64,000 nucleotides of DNA from NCBI GenBank assembly GCA_965219425.1, contig OZ244741.1, forward strand, positions 2,077,330-2,141,329, written 5' to 3'. The notes beneath the pieces are model-generated. The model was not told where the DNA came from. It did not search any database and worked only from the letters and a program-made list of their open reading frames with translations. Below are positions 44,178 to 54,795 of this stretch, in pieces. The position numbers and the translations under genes were made by a program. This DNA comes from Dehalococcoidia bacterium (GTDB lineage Bacteria; Chloroflexota; Dehalococcoidia; Lucifugimonadales; Australimonadaceae). Numbering within the stretch: position 1 is the stretch's first letter; each line of letters starts with the position of its first letter.

Positions 44178-45209
44178 ATGGCGGTTATCGATGCGGATGC
44201 GCACGTGGTCGAGAACGAGCGCACTTGGGACTATATGCGGGAAGAGGAGCGCGAGTTCCGCCCTCTAAGCGTCGCCACCACGGACCCGGACGTCCCGCTC
44301 CGGCGCTATTGGCTCATCGGCGACCGCTCGACGGGAAGAGCGTTCATCCGCAACACCAACGAGGGCACGGGCGCCTCCGACGAGTCGCGTGAGATGGCGG
44401 ACGTCCAGGCGCGCCTGGCCCACATGGACGAGCTGGGCGTCGATGTCCAGGTCCTCTACCCCACGCTGTTCCTGCGGCCGCTGAGCCCTCGTCCGGAGGT
44501 GGACTACGCGCTCTCCCGGAGCTACAACCGCTGGATGGGCGACATCTGGAAGATGGGCCAGGGACGGCTCCGCTGGCCTGTCATCGCTCCCGTACACCGC
44601 CTCGACAACGCCATCGAGGAGGCGCACTACGGGAAAGAGAACGGGGCTTGCGGCGTCTACCTGCGGGCGGGCGAGGCCGGCCTCAGCCTCACGGACCCAT
44701 ACTTCTTCCCGCTGTACGAGGAGGCGAGCAAGCTGGACCTGCCCATCTGCATCCACGCCTCGGTCGGCAACTTCAACATGTGGGACCAGCAGGAGAACGG
44801 CTTGCGCTTCAAGCTGCCGCCCATCAGCGTGTTCCACAACCTCATCATGCGCCGCGTTCCCGAGCGGTTCCCCGATCTCAGATGGTGCTTCGTCGAGACC
44901 AGCTCTCAGTGGGTCCCTTACGCCTTGAACGACCTCTCCATCCGGTTCGGCAACAGCGGACGCGAATTCCCCGGCGGTGCTCTGATGCGCGAGAACCGGA
45001 TGTACGTCGCCTGCCAGACCACGGACGATCTGGAGTACGTGATAGAGAACGCGGGCGACGACAACATCATCATCGGGACGGACTACGGTCACGACGATAC
45101 GTCGTCCGAGATACTGGCTATGCAGCGGTTGCGGGAGGAAGGGAAGCTTCCTCCCGACACGGTGCGGAAGATTCTCGACGATAATCCCCGACGGCTCTAC
45201 TCGCTCTAG
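44178..45209 (+). CDS. amidohydrolase-2 (ACMSD-like) family metal hydrolase
   Basis: MAVIDADAHVVE start motif, ICIHAS, and GTDYGHDD near the C-terminus. ATG after AAGGAGG. Confidence 0.8.
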   Translation: MAVIDADAHVVENERTWDYMREEEREFRPLSVATTDPDVPLRRYWLIGDRSTGRAFIRNTNEGTGASDESREMADVQARLAHMDELGVDVQVLYPTLFLRPLSPRPEVDYALSRSYNRWMGDIWKMGQGRLRWPVIAPVHRLDNAIEEAHYGKENGACGVYLRAGEAGLSLTDPYFFPLYEEASKLDLPICIHASVGNFNMWDQQENGLRFKLPPISVFHNLIMRRVPERFPDLRWCFVETSSQWVPYALNDLSIRFGNSGREFPGGALMRENRMYVACQTTDDLEYVIENAGDDNIIIGTDYGHDDTSSEILAMQRLREEGKLPPDTVRKILDDNPRRLYSL

Positions 45210-45395
45210 CGCCCTCGCTGCGGGCGCGGGCTAGATGCCCGTCGGGAGTGCTGACCTAGAGCGTCGCTGAGCAACCGCCAGCACTGTTCCAGGGCATGTC
45301 GCCCAGTTCCCGCACAGCCCCGCCACCCAATGAAACGAGAAGCGGGCTCCGGTTGCCGGAGCCCGCTTCCCATTGGCCCTATGCCGCCCTGCCGC

Positions 45396-46694
45396 CTAGT
45401 TCGCGGGGCCGGACATCTTCGTGTAGAGCTCCAGTAGGGACGCGTCTTGCAACGCCAGCCGGCCCGCCTCCAGGCTCGCATCCATGGATTCGGGGCTGCC
45501 GTAGAGGACGTCCCTGCCAAGGAGTCCCGCGGCCTGGATGAACTCCGGGTCCTTTATCGTCGCCTTGAACGCCGCTCGCCAGACCGCCACGATGTCCTCC
45601 GGCACGCCCGCGGGAATGGCGTAGGTCCGGGAGAGCTGGTCGTTGACCGTCTCGATGAGGTCGTAGACCTGCCGCTCGCCCTCGTTCGTCTCAATGATGT
45701 CGAAGAGGTGGGGCGGTATCTCCTCGCCCTGCACGTTGGTCACCCAATCGACGTATTCCGGATCCTCATTCGGGTCCTGCGGCCCGACGCGCCAGAGAGG
45801 CACGCAACGGTCGTCAGCGACCCACTCGGGGAAGAGCGCGGTGGTGTTGGCCCTGCCGCAAGGGCCTAGGTCGGTCTCGCCCCGGTCGAACGCCGCCATA
45901 ACCTCGGAGCTGCCGCCGTACCCGTAGACCATCTTGACCGGCCCGCCTAGGGCCTCGATGAAGGTGGAGGCGACAGTGCCGCCGTCCCCCACGGCGTTCC
46001 CCCCTCTGGTGAGGGGCGAGCCGCGGTTGGTGGCGAAGGACACGGCGCCTTCCCACGTCATGGGGTAGTCGCCGAAACGCTCGCGCATCATCCACGTGGA
46101 GCTCGCCTGCCCCTGCACCGCCGTGGGCGTACCGATGAGGTTCGTTGTCTCCAGGTCGAACTCGGGGACGTCGTCGCCGAGCAACTCCCGCTTGAAGAAG
46201 CGCGGGTGGATGACGATCGTGGAGAAGCCTTCGCGGCTGCCGTCCCGCAAGACCTTGACCACCCCGCGCTCGCCGCCGGCCCCTACGAGGTTGCGGACGA
46301 CGAACCGGGGTTCGCCGGGGAAATGGGGGCCCGCGTAGCGGGCGAACAGGCGCGCGAAGGTGTCGTATCCCCCGCCGGGCGCGTACGGGACGGTGACCTC
46401 GATTGTCCTGTTGCGGAAGTGCTCCTCGAAGTCGCGTTCGGACGGCGTGGGGGTAGGAGGCACGGGAGTCGCGGTCGGCGCCGGGGCGGGAGGAGGCGTG
46501 ACGCCCGGGGGAAGAGGCGTTGGCGTCGATGTCGGGGGAGGCGGCGTAACGCCGGGCGGAATGGGCGTGGGCGTCGCCGTTGGCGGGACTGCGGTCGGTG
46601 TCGCCGTCGGGTCATCGCCCCCGCAGGCGGCCAAGCCAAGCACGAGCGCCATCGACGCGGTCGACAGCAACAGGAATCGCTTCAAAGACCTCAC
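45396..46694 (-). CDS. TctC/Bug-like periplasmic substrate-binding lipoprotein with PT-rich linker
   Basis: Lipobox LGLAACGG. PYAPGGGYDTFARLFA...VRNLVGAGGERG fits the Bug/TctC pattern. GTG start at 46694 chosen (uncertain). Confidence 0.65.
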   Translation of the reverse strand: MRSLKRFLLLSTASMALVLGLAACGGDDPTATPTAVPPTATPTPIPPGVTPPPPTSTPTPLPPGVTPPPAPAPTATPVPPTPTPSERDFEEHFRNRTIEVTVPYAPGGGYDTFARLFARYAGPHFPGEPRFVVRNLVGAGGERGVVKVLRDGSREGFSTIVIHPRFFKRELLGDDVPEFDLETTNLIGTPTAVQGQASSTWMMRERFGDYPMTWEGAVSFATNRGSPLTRGGNAVGDGGTVASTFIEALGGPVKMVYGYGGSSEVMAAFDRGETDLGPCGRANTTALFPEWVADDRCVPLWRVGPQDPNEDPEYVDWVTNVQGEEIPPHLFDIIETNEGERQVYDLIETVNDQLSRTYAIPAGVPEDIVAVWRAAFKATIKDPEFIQAAGLLGRDVLYGSPESMDASLEAGRLALQDASLLELYTKMSGPAN

Positions 46695-46819
46695 CGGACA
46701 CCTCCCAGTTAATCGCGGGACACATCTTCGAGCCGATGATTCCCGCCGCGAACGGGCGAAAGTTATCTGCAAGATGTGCTGAGGTCAACGCGCCAGCGCC
46801 TTGTCTCTCTGGCGGAAGG

Positions 46820-48226
46820 TCAGGAATGGGAGCGTCCGGCGGCGGTCGCCGCGCGCACTGCGTCCTTGACGCCATCGACGCCCACCGCCTCGATTCCCAA
46901 GGCGCCGGGCAACTTACGGAGCGCGGCCCTGGGCAAGAGCGCCCGCTCGAACCCGTGGCGGGACGCCTCATTCAGCCGGCGCTCCACATGCGAGACGCTT
47001 CTGACCTCGCCGTTCAACCCCACTTCGCCGATGAGGACGGTCGCTGGGTCGATCGGCTTGTCGAGGCTGCTCGATGAGATTGCCGCCGCGATGGCCAGGT
47101 CCAGCGCGGGCTCGGCGATGCGCAGCCCGCCCGGGACGTTCACCATCACGTCCTGGTTTCCAAGCGCCAAGCCTGCCCGCCTCGACAGCACGGCGGTGAG
47201 CATGGCCATCCGGTTGAAATCGACGCCCGTGGCCGAACGCCGAGGCGGCGTGAACGGGGAAACGTTCGTCAGCGCCTGGACTTCGCACAGCAGGGGTCTG
47301 CTGCCTTCCATCGTCACCGCGATGGCCGACCCCGGAGCGGTTGCGTCGCGCTCGCGCACGAGCATCGACGACGGGTCGGCGACCTCGGCGAGGCCGTCGT
47401 TCCGCATCTCGAACAGCGCCACGTCGTTGGTCGAGCCGAACCGGTTCTTCGAGCATCGGAGCAGCCGCAGACTGCCGATGGCCTCCCCTTCCATCGCCAG
47501 CACCACGTCCACCATGTGCTCCAGCATCCGAGGTCCCGCGATGGCGCCGTCCTTAGTCACGTGCCCCGTCATGAACGTGGGCGTGCCGGACGATTTCGCC
47601 CAACCCAGCAGCAGCTGGGCGCACTCGCGCACCTGCGTGACGCTCCCCGCCGTCGAAGCGACGTCAGACGACGCGAGCGTCTGCACCGAGTCCACGATCA
47701 GCAGGTCAGGTCGGGCTTCCCGCAGCAGCGCTCCTATGGCCTCGGCATCCGTCTCCGCGGCGAACAGCACACCGGGGTCGCTGACGCCGAGCCGCTCGCC
47801 CCGAAGCCGGACCTGCGCCCCCGACTCCTCGCCCGATACGTAAAGGACGCGCCGCCCGCCGCCCGCGACGAGGCCCGCGACTTGCAGGAGCAGCGTCGAC
47901 TTTCCGACGCCGGGGTCGCCGGCCAAGAGAAGGACCGAGCCGCCCACGACCCCTCCGCCAATCAGGCGGTCGAGCTCGTCAAGGCCCGTCGAGACGCGCG
48001 CGCCGTCGGACAGGGACTGCTCTACAAGAGGCCTGGCCGCCGGGTCCGTCGGCCCGAGCCGCGCCCGAGGCGCTGCTTGCCTGCCGTTCCGCTTCGGCTC
48101 GGTGAACTCGACTGTCGTTCCCCACGCCCCGCAGGACGGGCAGCGTCCGTTCCACTTGGGGGACGTATGCCCGCAGTCCTTGCAGAGGAAGGTCGTCTTA
48201 TTCGTATCGCGAGCCACGAGCCGCAT
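46820..48226 (-). CDS. radA: DNA repair protein RadA/Sms
   Basis: CKDCGHTSPKWNGRCPSCGAWGT zinc finger, GDPGVGKSTLLLQ Walker A, KNRFG motif, Lon-like C-terminus. Confidence 0.92.
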   Translation of the reverse strand: MRLVARDTNKTTFLCKDCGHTSPKWNGRCPSCGAWGTTVEFTEPKRNGRQAAPRARLGPTDPAARPLVEQSLSDGARVSTGLDELDRLIGGGVVGGSVLLLAGDPGVGKSTLLLQVAGLVAGGGRRVLYVSGEESGAQVRLRGERLGVSDPGVLFAAETDAEAIGALLREARPDLLIVDSVQTLASSDVASTAGSVTQVRECAQLLLGWAKSSGTPTFMTGHVTKDGAIAGPRMLEHMVDVVLAMEGEAIGSLRLLRCSKNRFGSTNDVALFEMRNDGLAEVADPSSMLVRERDATAPGSAIAVTMEGSRPLLCEVQALTNVSPFTPPRRSATGVDFNRMAMLTAVLSRRAGLALGNQDVMVNVPGGLRIAEPALDLAIAAAISSSSLDKPIDPATVLIGEVGLNGEVRSVSHVERRLNEASRHGFERALLPRAALRKLPGALGIEAVGVDGVKDAVRAATAAGRSHS

Positions 48227-48297
48227 CGTGCAGGAACGATCTCCAACCTCGCAAGGGGCGAATGTCACGTTCGCGAGAGCGGTCCGGAACGCTTCCC

Positions 48298-48825
48298 TCA
48301 GTCGATCCCCTCAAACGGCTCCGGCAAACGAATCTCACCCGGCTCGGGCGTGAGGAAGCCAATCTTCAGGAGCATCACCGCCTCGGGACGATGCGCGAAC
48401 GACGCCGTTACGCCGAACGTGTCCGCCTGCACGAAGCCGAAGCGCGGGTAGTAGGCGGGGTGGCCGACGAGCACGATAAAGTCGGCGCGTCCGGACTGCT
48501 TGCACGTGGCGATGGCCCGCTCAATGAGGAACGTCCCGATGCCCTTGCCTTGGTGGTCGGGCCGCACGGCCACCGGCGCGAGGATGAGCGCCGGCGACCG
48601 CCCCCGCCGCCCTTCGATGCTCCCAACGGTGAACAGGACGTGCGCGACGACATCGCCGTCGAGCTCGGCCACGATCGACAGCTCGGCGACGTAGCTTGAG
48701 TCCTCGCGGAGCCTATCGACGAGGTCCGCCTCGTCAGGACGGCCGAAGGCCTGCTCATGCACCATCCGTATCGCCGGTGCGTCGGCCCGCCGTTCGGGAC
48801 GGATGGTGAGGCTTCCGGTGGTCAT
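48298..48825 (-). CDS. GNAT-family N-acetyltransferase
   Basis: VRPDHQGKGIGTFLIERA acetyl-CoA binding motif. Confidence 0.8.
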   Translation of the reverse strand: MTTGSLTIRPERRADAPAIRMVHEQAFGRPDEADLVDRLREDSSYVAELSIVAELDGDVVAHVLFTVGSIEGRRGRSPALILAPVAVRPDHQGKGIGTFLIERAIATCKQSGRADFIVLVGHPAYYPRFGFVQADTFGVTASFAHRPEAVMLLKIGFLTPEPGEIRLPEPFEGID

Positions 48826-48888
48826 CGCTAAAAAGGAACGGGGGAGTTGTGACGACTCCCCCGTTTCGAGTCCGATTCCAGTTCCCGC

Positions 48889-51354
48889 CTAGCTGCTCGC
48901 TGCCGCCTCGACCCGCGGGCTGATGACCAGCTCGTCGTCGTCTGTATTGAGATCCACCACCACCGTCTGGCCGGGCTGGTAGGCGCCGCTGAGCACGTCG
49001 TCGGAGAGTGGGTCCTCAATCTTCTGTTCGATGATCCTGCGCAGCGGGCGGGCGCCGAACGTCGTGTCGAAGCCCTTCTCGCCGAGCCACTCCTTCGCGG
49101 CCTGGGTGACCTCCAAGCTGAGGCCCTTCTCGAGCATCGGCTTGCGGACCTCGTTCAGCATCAGGTCCACGATGCTGACGATGTGCTCCTGCGTCAGCGC
49201 GTGGAAGACGATCTGCCCGTCGATCCGGTTCAGGAACTCGGGGCGGAAGAAGCGCTTGACCTCGTCCACCACCTTGCCCTTCATCTTCTCGTAGGCGTTG
49301 TCCGCCATCGTCGCCTGATCGAGCATCGCGAACCCGAGGGACGTGTCGCGCTTGATCAGGTCCGACCCGATGTTCGAGGTCATGACGACGATCGTGTTCC
49401 GGAAATCGACCTTGCGGCCCTTGGCGTCGGTCAGATGGCCGTCGTCGAATATCTGCAGCAGGATGTTGAAGACGTCGGGGTGCGCCTTCTCGATCTCGTC
49501 CAGCAGGATGCAGGTGTAGCTGCGCCGACGCACCGCGTCGGTCAGCTGACCGCCTTCCTCGTAACCGACGTAGCCCGGAGGCGCGCCGACCAACCTCGCG
49601 ACGGTGTGCCGCTCCATGAACTCCGACATGTCGAGTCGCACCATCGCCTCGTCGGAGCCGAACATGAACTCCGCGAGCGCCCTCACCAGCTCGGTCTTAC
49701 CGACGCCGGTGGGGCCGAGGAAGAGGAAGCTGCCGATGGGTCGGCGCGGATCCTTCAGACCGGCGCGCGCCCGCCTGACTGCCTTGGCGATGGCCACGAT
49801 CGCCTCTTCCTGACCGACGATGCGGCGGTGGATGTGCTCCTCCATGTGCAGAAGGCGCTCCGTCTCCTCGACCGCCATGCGCGTGACCGGGATGCCGGTC
49901 CACATGCTGACGACCTCCGCGATCTCCTCGCCGGTGACGATCGGCTGGTCCTCCGTGGAGGTGGCTTGCCATTCGGCTTGCAGCTGCTGCAGCTTGTCCG
50001 CGAGCTTCAGCTCACGGTCGCGCAGCTCGGCCGCGTACTCGTACTGCTGACCGGAGATCGCCTCGTCCTTCTCGCGGCGGACGGTCTCCAACACCTTCTG
50101 CGATTCCTTTACAGACAGCGGCGTGCCGCTGGTGCGGATGCGCACCCGCGAGCCAGCCTCGTCCATCAGGTCGATGGCCTTGTCGGGCAGGTAGCGGTCG
50201 GCGATGAACCTCGATGCGAGGGTCGCAGCCGCCTGCAGCGCCTCGTCCTCTATCGTGACGCCGTGGTGCTCCTCGAACTTAATCTTGATGCCCCGAAGAA
50301 TCTCGACCGTCTCCTCCGTCGTGGGCTCCTCGACGTTCACCGGCTGGAAGCGCCGTTCGAGCGCCGGGTCGCGCTCGACGTACTTGCGGTAGTCGTCGAG
50401 TGTCGTCGCGCCGATGCACTGCAGCTCTCCGCGGGCGAGCGACGGCTTCAGGATGTTGGCCGCGTCGACCGCACCCTCAGCAGCCCCGGCGCCGACCATC
50501 GTGTGCATCTCGTCGATGAACAGGATGCAGTTCCCCGCCGACTTAATCTCCTCGACGACCTTCTTCAGCCGTTCCTCGAACTCGCCCCGGTACTTGGTGC
50601 CCGCGACCAGCGCGCCCATGTCCAGTGTCACTACGCGGCGGTTCGACAGGTTCTCCGGCACGTCGCCGGTCGTGACCTGCTGCGCGAGCGCCTCGACGAT
50701 GGCGGTCTTGCCGACGCCGGGCGGTCCGATGAGCACCGGGTTGTTCTTGGTGCGCCGGCTCAGGATCTGAACGACGCGGGCGATCTCCTTACTGCGGCCG
50801 ATGACCGGGTCCAGCTTGCTGGCCCGCGCAGCCGCAGTGAGGTCGATGCCTAGCTGATCCAGCGTCGGCGTGCGGGTGCTCGAACGGCTCTGCCCTTGGC
50901 TCTGCGAGACGCTCTGGTTCAGGATGCGCGTCGTCTCCGCGCGGACCTTGTCCAGCGAAACGCCCAAGCTTTCGAGCACGCCGGCGGCGACGCCCTCGCC
51001 CTCGCGCATAATGCCGATGAGCAGGTGTTCCGTCCCGATGTAGTGGTGGCTCAGCCGGCGCGCCTCGTCGACCGCCAGCTCGATGACCTTCTTGGCGCGC
51101 GGCGTCAGGCCGATGTCCCCCGGCGAGGGGCGTTCCCCTCGGCCAATGATGAACTCGACCGCCGAGCGGACCTTCGAAAGCTCAACCCCCAAGCTGCTGA
51201 GGACGCGCGCGGCGACGCCGTCCGTCTCTCGCACGAGGCCGAGAAGAATGTGCTCTGTGCCTATGTAGTTGTGGTTGAAGCGCTGCGCTTCCTCTTGGGC
51301 AAGCGACAGCACCCTGCGGGCGCGTTCAGAGAATTTTTCGAATCTACTGGCCAT
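48889..51354 (-). CDS. clpC: ATP-dependent Clp protease ATP-binding subunit ClpC
   Basis: Double Clp-N repeat ([16 protein letters not shown]...), two AAA modules ([18 protein letters not shown]), UVR-like linker. Confidence 0.95.
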   Translation of the reverse strand: MASRFEKFSERARRVLSLAQEEAQRFNHNYIGTEHILLGLVRETDGVAARVLSSLGVELSKVRSAVEFIIGRGERPSPGDIGLTPRAKKVIELAVDEARRLSHHYIGTEHLLIGIMREGEGVAAGVLESLGVSLDKVRAETTRILNQSVSQSQGQSRSSTRTPTLDQLGIDLTAAARASKLDPVIGRSKEIARVVQILSRRTKNNPVLIGPPGVGKTAIVEALAQQVTTGDVPENLSNRRVVTLDMGALVAGTKYRGEFEERLKKVVEEIKSAGNCILFIDEMHTMVGAGAAEGAVDAANILKPSLARGELQCIGATTLDDYRKYVERDPALERRFQPVNVEEPTTEETVEILRGIKIKFEEHHGVTIEDEALQAAATLASRFIADRYLPDKAIDLMDEAGSRVRIRTSGTPLSVKESQKVLETVRREKDEAISGQQYEYAAELRDRELKLADKLQQLQAEWQATSTEDQPIVTGEEIAEVVSMWTGIPVTRMAVEETERLLHMEEHIHRRIVGQEEAIVAIAKAVRRARAGLKDPRRPIGSFLFLGPTGVGKTELVRALAEFMFGSDEAMVRLDMSEFMERHTVARLVGAPPGYVGYEEGGQLTDAVRRRSYTCILLDEIEKAHPDVFNILLQIFDDGHLTDAKGRKVDFRNTIVVMTSNIGSDLIKRDTSLGFAMLDQATMADNAYEKMKGKVVDEVKRFFRPEFLNRIDGQIVFHALTQEHIVSIVDLMLNEVRKPMLEKGLSLEVTQAAKEWLGEKGFDTTFGARPLRRIIEQKIEDPLSDDVLSGAYQPGQTVVVDLNTDDDELVISPRVEAAASS

Positions 51355-51402
51355 GACAAGTTCCGCTCCCTATCTAACCACAACCCGCTTTACGGCGCGA
51401 GC

Positions 51403-52578
51403 TTACCGGTCCCTTTCGGAATCGAAGCCGTAGGGGTCATAGTACTCTACCGGATCGTGGTACTCGGTGACGGAGTCGTCGTCCTCCACGCGGCGTAGGC
51501 TTAGACCAAGACGGCGGCGCTCCAAGTCCAGGCTCACGACCCTCAGAGTCATTGTATCTCCCACATCCACCACTTCCTTTGGATGCCGGATGTGCCTTTC
51601 CGTCAATTCGGAAATATGAATGAGCCCCTCGATGGCGCCATCCACGCGCGCAAAGGCCCCGAAATCGGAAAGTTTAGTGATGGCGCCGTTGACCAGCTGG
51701 CCGACGGCGAACCGGTCCGCGGCAGTTTCCCAGGGCGTCGGCTCCAGACGGCGGAGGCTGAGTGCGATGCGACGGTTCTCACGGTCAACCCGCATCACCT
51801 CGACGTCGACCTCCTGGCCTACGTGAACACACTCCTCGACTTTCGTGACGGGGGTCCACGAGAGCTCAGAGATGTGTATCAGGCCGTCCGCCCCGCCGAT
51901 GTCCACGAACGCGCCAAAACTGGAGATGCCCGTCACCCGGCCATGCCGACGGTCGCCCTCCTGCAGCTGGTCGAGCAATTGGTCCTTCAGGCCTTCTCGC
52001 TGCTCCCGGAGGGCGCCGCGCTCTGAGAGAACGACACGGTTCCGTTTGCGGTTCACCTCCAGGACCTTCAGCGTAACCTCCTCGCCGACCCGCGCCGCCA
52101 GGGCGGAATCGTGATCGGACCCAGGGGGCAACGACACCTGTGACAGCGGCACGAACCCTTGCAGCCCGTCGATGTCCACCACGGCGCCGCCCCGGTTATG
52201 GCCGACGATACGCCCGAATATGGTCCCGCCGCTCTGCTCGACCGCTTCGAGCTCCACCCATGCGCCGGCCGCGCGGGCGCGGTCGACCGACAGCACGACC
52301 TGGCCCTCTCGTCCCATGGTATCGAGGACGTAAACGCGTATGGAATCGCCGACTTGGTAGCGGGCCGCAGGGTCTGGGCCTATCGAGCGGAACTCGCGTG
52401 CAGGGACCATACCTTCCGACTTGTAGCCGACCGAGACGAGGATGCCATCCTGGTCGACCCCCATCACCTGCCCCTCGACGATGTCGCCACGACGGAGTTC
52501 CCGCGGAGGAGTCTCCTCTTCCAGCAGTTCCGCCATCGTGGGCTCGCCGGGGCGGTCCGTCATCGGCTGCTCAGTCAC
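51403..52578 (-). CDS. rpsA: 30S ribosomal protein S1 (four S1 domains)
   Basis: Repeated G.V..I..FGAFV S1 motifs (e.g. GRVTGISSFGAFVDIGG, GAITKLSDFGAFARV). Confidence 0.9.
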   Translation of the reverse strand: MTEQPMTDRPGEPTMAELLEEETPPRELRRGDIVEGQVMGVDQDGILVSVGYKSEGMVPAREFRSIGPDPAARYQVGDSIRVYVLDTMGREGQVVLSVDRARAAGAWVELEAVEQSGGTIFGRIVGHNRGGAVVDIDGLQGFVPLSQVSLPPGSDHDSALAARVGEEVTLKVLEVNRKRNRVVLSERGALREQREGLKDQLLDQLQEGDRRHGRVTGISSFGAFVDIGGADGLIHISELSWTPVTKVEECVHVGQEVDVEVMRVDRENRRIALSLRRLEPTPWETAADRFAVGQLVNGAITKLSDFGAFARVDGAIEGLIHISELTERHIRHPKEVVDVGDTMTLRVVSLDLERRRLGLSLRRVEDDDSVTEYHDPVEYYDPYGFDSERDR

Positions 52579-52925
52579 AACTACCCCGTTCGAGGCGTTC
52601 TCGCCCCCCCAACCTCAATGTTCCGTACACAAAATATTCTATGCGCGCGCACGCCTGGCTGTAAACCCGACGAGAGCATTGCTGACGCCTAGAATGCGTG
52701 CTCGAGCATCGAACATCAGCACGGCGAGTAGTCGTTTCTATCTGGTCCTACGACGAAGCGCCCGACATGGATTGCCGTCCGCAAAAGGAGCCCAACCACG
52801 GAGCCGAGGACCGAACTCTGAAGTCCGCAGTGCGAGGCTTGTCAGGTCGCGACTTGTGGGAGCTCCAGCCGCACGTTCAGCGGCGCCGCGCAGGAACAAG
52901 TCCCTTGGCGTCGCGGCGCCGGTTG

Positions 52926-53411
52926 CTAGTGCGCCTTCCACACCGTATGACGCGGGTTGGGGTCGCCGTGACCATCGGTCTCGGTCAGCAGGGCCCGTTC
53001 GACAAGCAGTTCGAAGAGTTCCTGCTCGTCGAAATCGAATGGCGGAACCTCCCAACGCCGCTCGGCGAGGTACTGGGCTTTCGCCCTCGCGATAATTGCT
53101 GCGTCCGTTACGAGCATCGCCCTGCCCGTAACGTAGAAGGCGTCCTCATTGGCCTGCGGAGGGTAGCAGTGCAGCGCGTAGCGACCGTCTCGGTGCAGGT
53201 CGTCACGTTTGGGGGAAGGAATCAGGAAGGCGAATAGATGGCCTTCCATGATCATCGGACAACAGGGGTGGACCCGTGGGCCGCCGTCGAGGCGTGTTGT
53301 GGCGAGGATGCCGAGGCCCAACCTGGGCTCATCGAGGAAGTAGAATAACGCTCTGCCCGCATCAGCCATCGCAGGCTCGGCGTCCTCGAACTCGCCCCAC
53401 GTCGCCGCCAT
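52926..53411 (-). CDS. pyridoxamine 5'-phosphate oxidase-like split-barrel flavoprotein
   Basis: LATTRLDGGPRVHP...AFLIPSPKRDDLHRDGRYALH resembles the PPOX/F420-binding family. Assignment is moderate. Confidence 0.6.
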   Translation of the reverse strand: MAATWGEFEDAEPAMADAGRALFYFLDEPRLGLGILATTRLDGGPRVHPCCPMIMEGHLFAFLIPSPKRDDLHRDGRYALHCYPPQANEDAFYVTGRAMLVTDAAIIARAKAQYLAERRWEVPPFDFDEQELFELLVERALLTETDGHGDPNPRHTVWKAH

Positions 53412-53441
53412 GCCGTTGAGCTCTCCTCACAAGAACACAAG

Positions 53442-53486
53442 ACGCCCGCGCTTAGAACCCTTCAATGGGCCGGAATGCGCGGGCGT
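53442..53486 (-). terminator. 10-bp perfect stem hairpin downstream of the 5S rRNA
   Basis: ACGCCCGCGC (53442-53451) pairs with GCGCGGGCGT (53477-53486). A T-rich stretch follows on the minus strand (cttgtgttcttgtg). Confidence 0.5.
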
Positions 53487-53496
53487 TCTTTATGTA

Positions 53497-53614
53497 GCCT
53501 GGCAGTGGCCTATTTTCCCAGCAAGTTGCCCTACCAGTATCGTCAGCGCTGGAGCGTTTCACTTCCGTGTTCGGGATGGGTACGGGTGGGTCCACTCCGC
53601 TCTAACCACCAGAC
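53497..53614 (-). rRNA. rrf: 5S ribosomal RNA (stand-alone)
   Basis: The minus strand reads GUCUGGUGGUUAGAGCGGAGUGGACCCACCCGUACCCAUCCCGAACACGGAAGUGAAACGCUCCAGCGCUGACGAUACUGG...CCACUGCCAGGC. It contains the universal CCGAAC...GAAGUGAAAC...AGCGC core and has pairing termini. Ends are accurate to a few nt. Confidence 0.88.
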
Positions 53615-53620
53615 ATCCTC

Positions 53621-53650
53621 ATCATATCGAGAACGAGGCGGCTCCGTCAA
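53621..53650 (-). promoter_or_regulatory. sigma70-like promoter TTGACG-18-TATGAT placed to start transcription at the 5S 5' end
   Basis: Plus-strand CGTCAA 53645-53650 and ATCATA 53621-53626. The -10 ends 6-7 nt before the mature 5S start. Confidence 0.5.
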
Positions 53651-53713
53651 CCGGCGAGTCCTGCCCTCCGCCGCACGACGGCCTGCCGGAAGGCTCATCT
53701 CACGATCGGGATT

Positions 53714-53722
53714 TGGTACAAT
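53714..53722 (+). promoter_or_regulatory. extended -10 element TGGTACAAT 7 nt upstream of the pfkA GTG (leaderless arrangement)
   Basis: TGnTAnAAT at 53714-53722. GTG at 53730. Confidence 0.4.
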
Positions 53723-53729
53723 CCTGGGC

Positions 53730-54695
53730 GTGAAAAAGATAGGCATCCTCGCAAGCGGCGGCGACTCTCCCGGCATGAACTCCGCCATCCGCGCGGCCAC
53801 CCGGACCGCGCTCTACCGCTCGGTCGACGTCTGGGGCTTCTGGGACGGCTACAACGGTCTGCTCGACCACCGCGCCGAGCGAATGACGACCCGCTCGGTG
53901 TCCGGCTCCCTCCAACGCGGCGGAAGCATCATCGGCGCGGGGCGCTGCGAGGCCTTCTTCCAAGACGGCCCCCGCCGGGACGCCGTCCAGTATTTGAGGT
54001 CCGAGGGATTCGATGGACTGATCGTCATCGGGGGCGACGGCTCCCTGGCCGGGGCTTGGGAGCTGCACAAGCTCGGCATGCCCACCATCACCATCCCCGG
54101 CACCATCGACAACGACATGCCCGGCACCGAAGTGACCATCGGCGCCGACACCGCCATCAACACCGCGATGGAGGCGATAGACCGCCTCCGCGACACCGCC
54201 AGCGCCCATCGCCGCGCCATGATCGTAGAGGTCATGGGCAGGCGCTGCGGCTATATCGCCGTACAGGCTGGCCTCGCCACCGGCGCCGAGATGGTGCTGA
54301 CCCCCGAGCGTCCCATCGAGCTGGAGGACATATTCAACGAGATACGAGGCGTCTGGGGCCGGGGGAAGCGCCATTTCATCATCGTCTCCGCGGAAGGGGC
54401 GCGGTGGAGCGCCGCCGAGCTCGCGGGTCTGATCAACGAGTCCGCCGAACCTTACGACGCCCGCTACACCGTCCTCGGCTACATCCAACGCGGCGGTCAG
54501 CCGTCGCGGTTCGACCGCATCCTTGGCACCCGCATGGGCGTCGCCGCCGCCGATGCGTTGATCGACGGCAGGTCGGGAGCCCTCGTGTGCTGGCGCAACA
54601 ATGGCTGCCAGGTGCTTCAGGCCGATTCCCTCCCTCCCCGGCGCGACCCATGGGACGCGATGCTGGACAGGGTCCACACCATCTCCGCCACGTAG
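53730..54695 (+). CDS. pfkA: ATP-dependent 6-phosphofructokinase
   Basis: [46 protein letters not shown]. The GTG start avoids overlap with the 5S gene. Confidence 0.9.
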   Translation: MKKIGILASGGDSPGMNSAIRAATRTALYRSVDVWGFWDGYNGLLDHRAERMTTRSVSGSLQRGGSIIGAGRCEAFFQDGPRRDAVQYLRSEGFDGLIVIGGDGSLAGAWELHKLGMPTITIPGTIDNDMPGTEVTIGADTAINTAMEAIDRLRDTASAHRRAMIVEVMGRRCGYIAVQAGLATGAEMVLTPERPIELEDIFNEIRGVWGRGKRHFIIVSAEGARWSAAELAGLINESAEPYDARYTVLGYIQRGGQPSRFDRILGTRMGVAAADALIDGRSGALVCWRNNGCQVLQADSLPPRRDPWDAMLDRVHTISAT

Positions 54696-54795
54696 CCGCC
54701 TTGCTCCGAGGCGCCACGCCCTCGTATACTTTTGGGGTTGCCCGCCGCCGCGCGGGCCCGTACGAGGAGCCGCGAGACGGCCCGGGGGAACGTTC

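Noticed and set aside
52579-52925. About 350-nt gap upstream of rpsA examined for SRP RNA, 6S RNA or a tRNA
   Set aside because: No GGAA/AGCA SRP motifs, no tRNA arms and no convincing long hairpin could be identified by eye. It is most simply the rpsA promoter and leader. It would need cmscan to revisit.
53475-53729. N-terminal extension of the pfkA ORF (ATG 53475) and the 53410..53733 ORF
   Set aside because: They run through the 5S rRNA gene and its promoter. The PfkA homology starts at the GTG 53730 ([11 protein letters not shown]).
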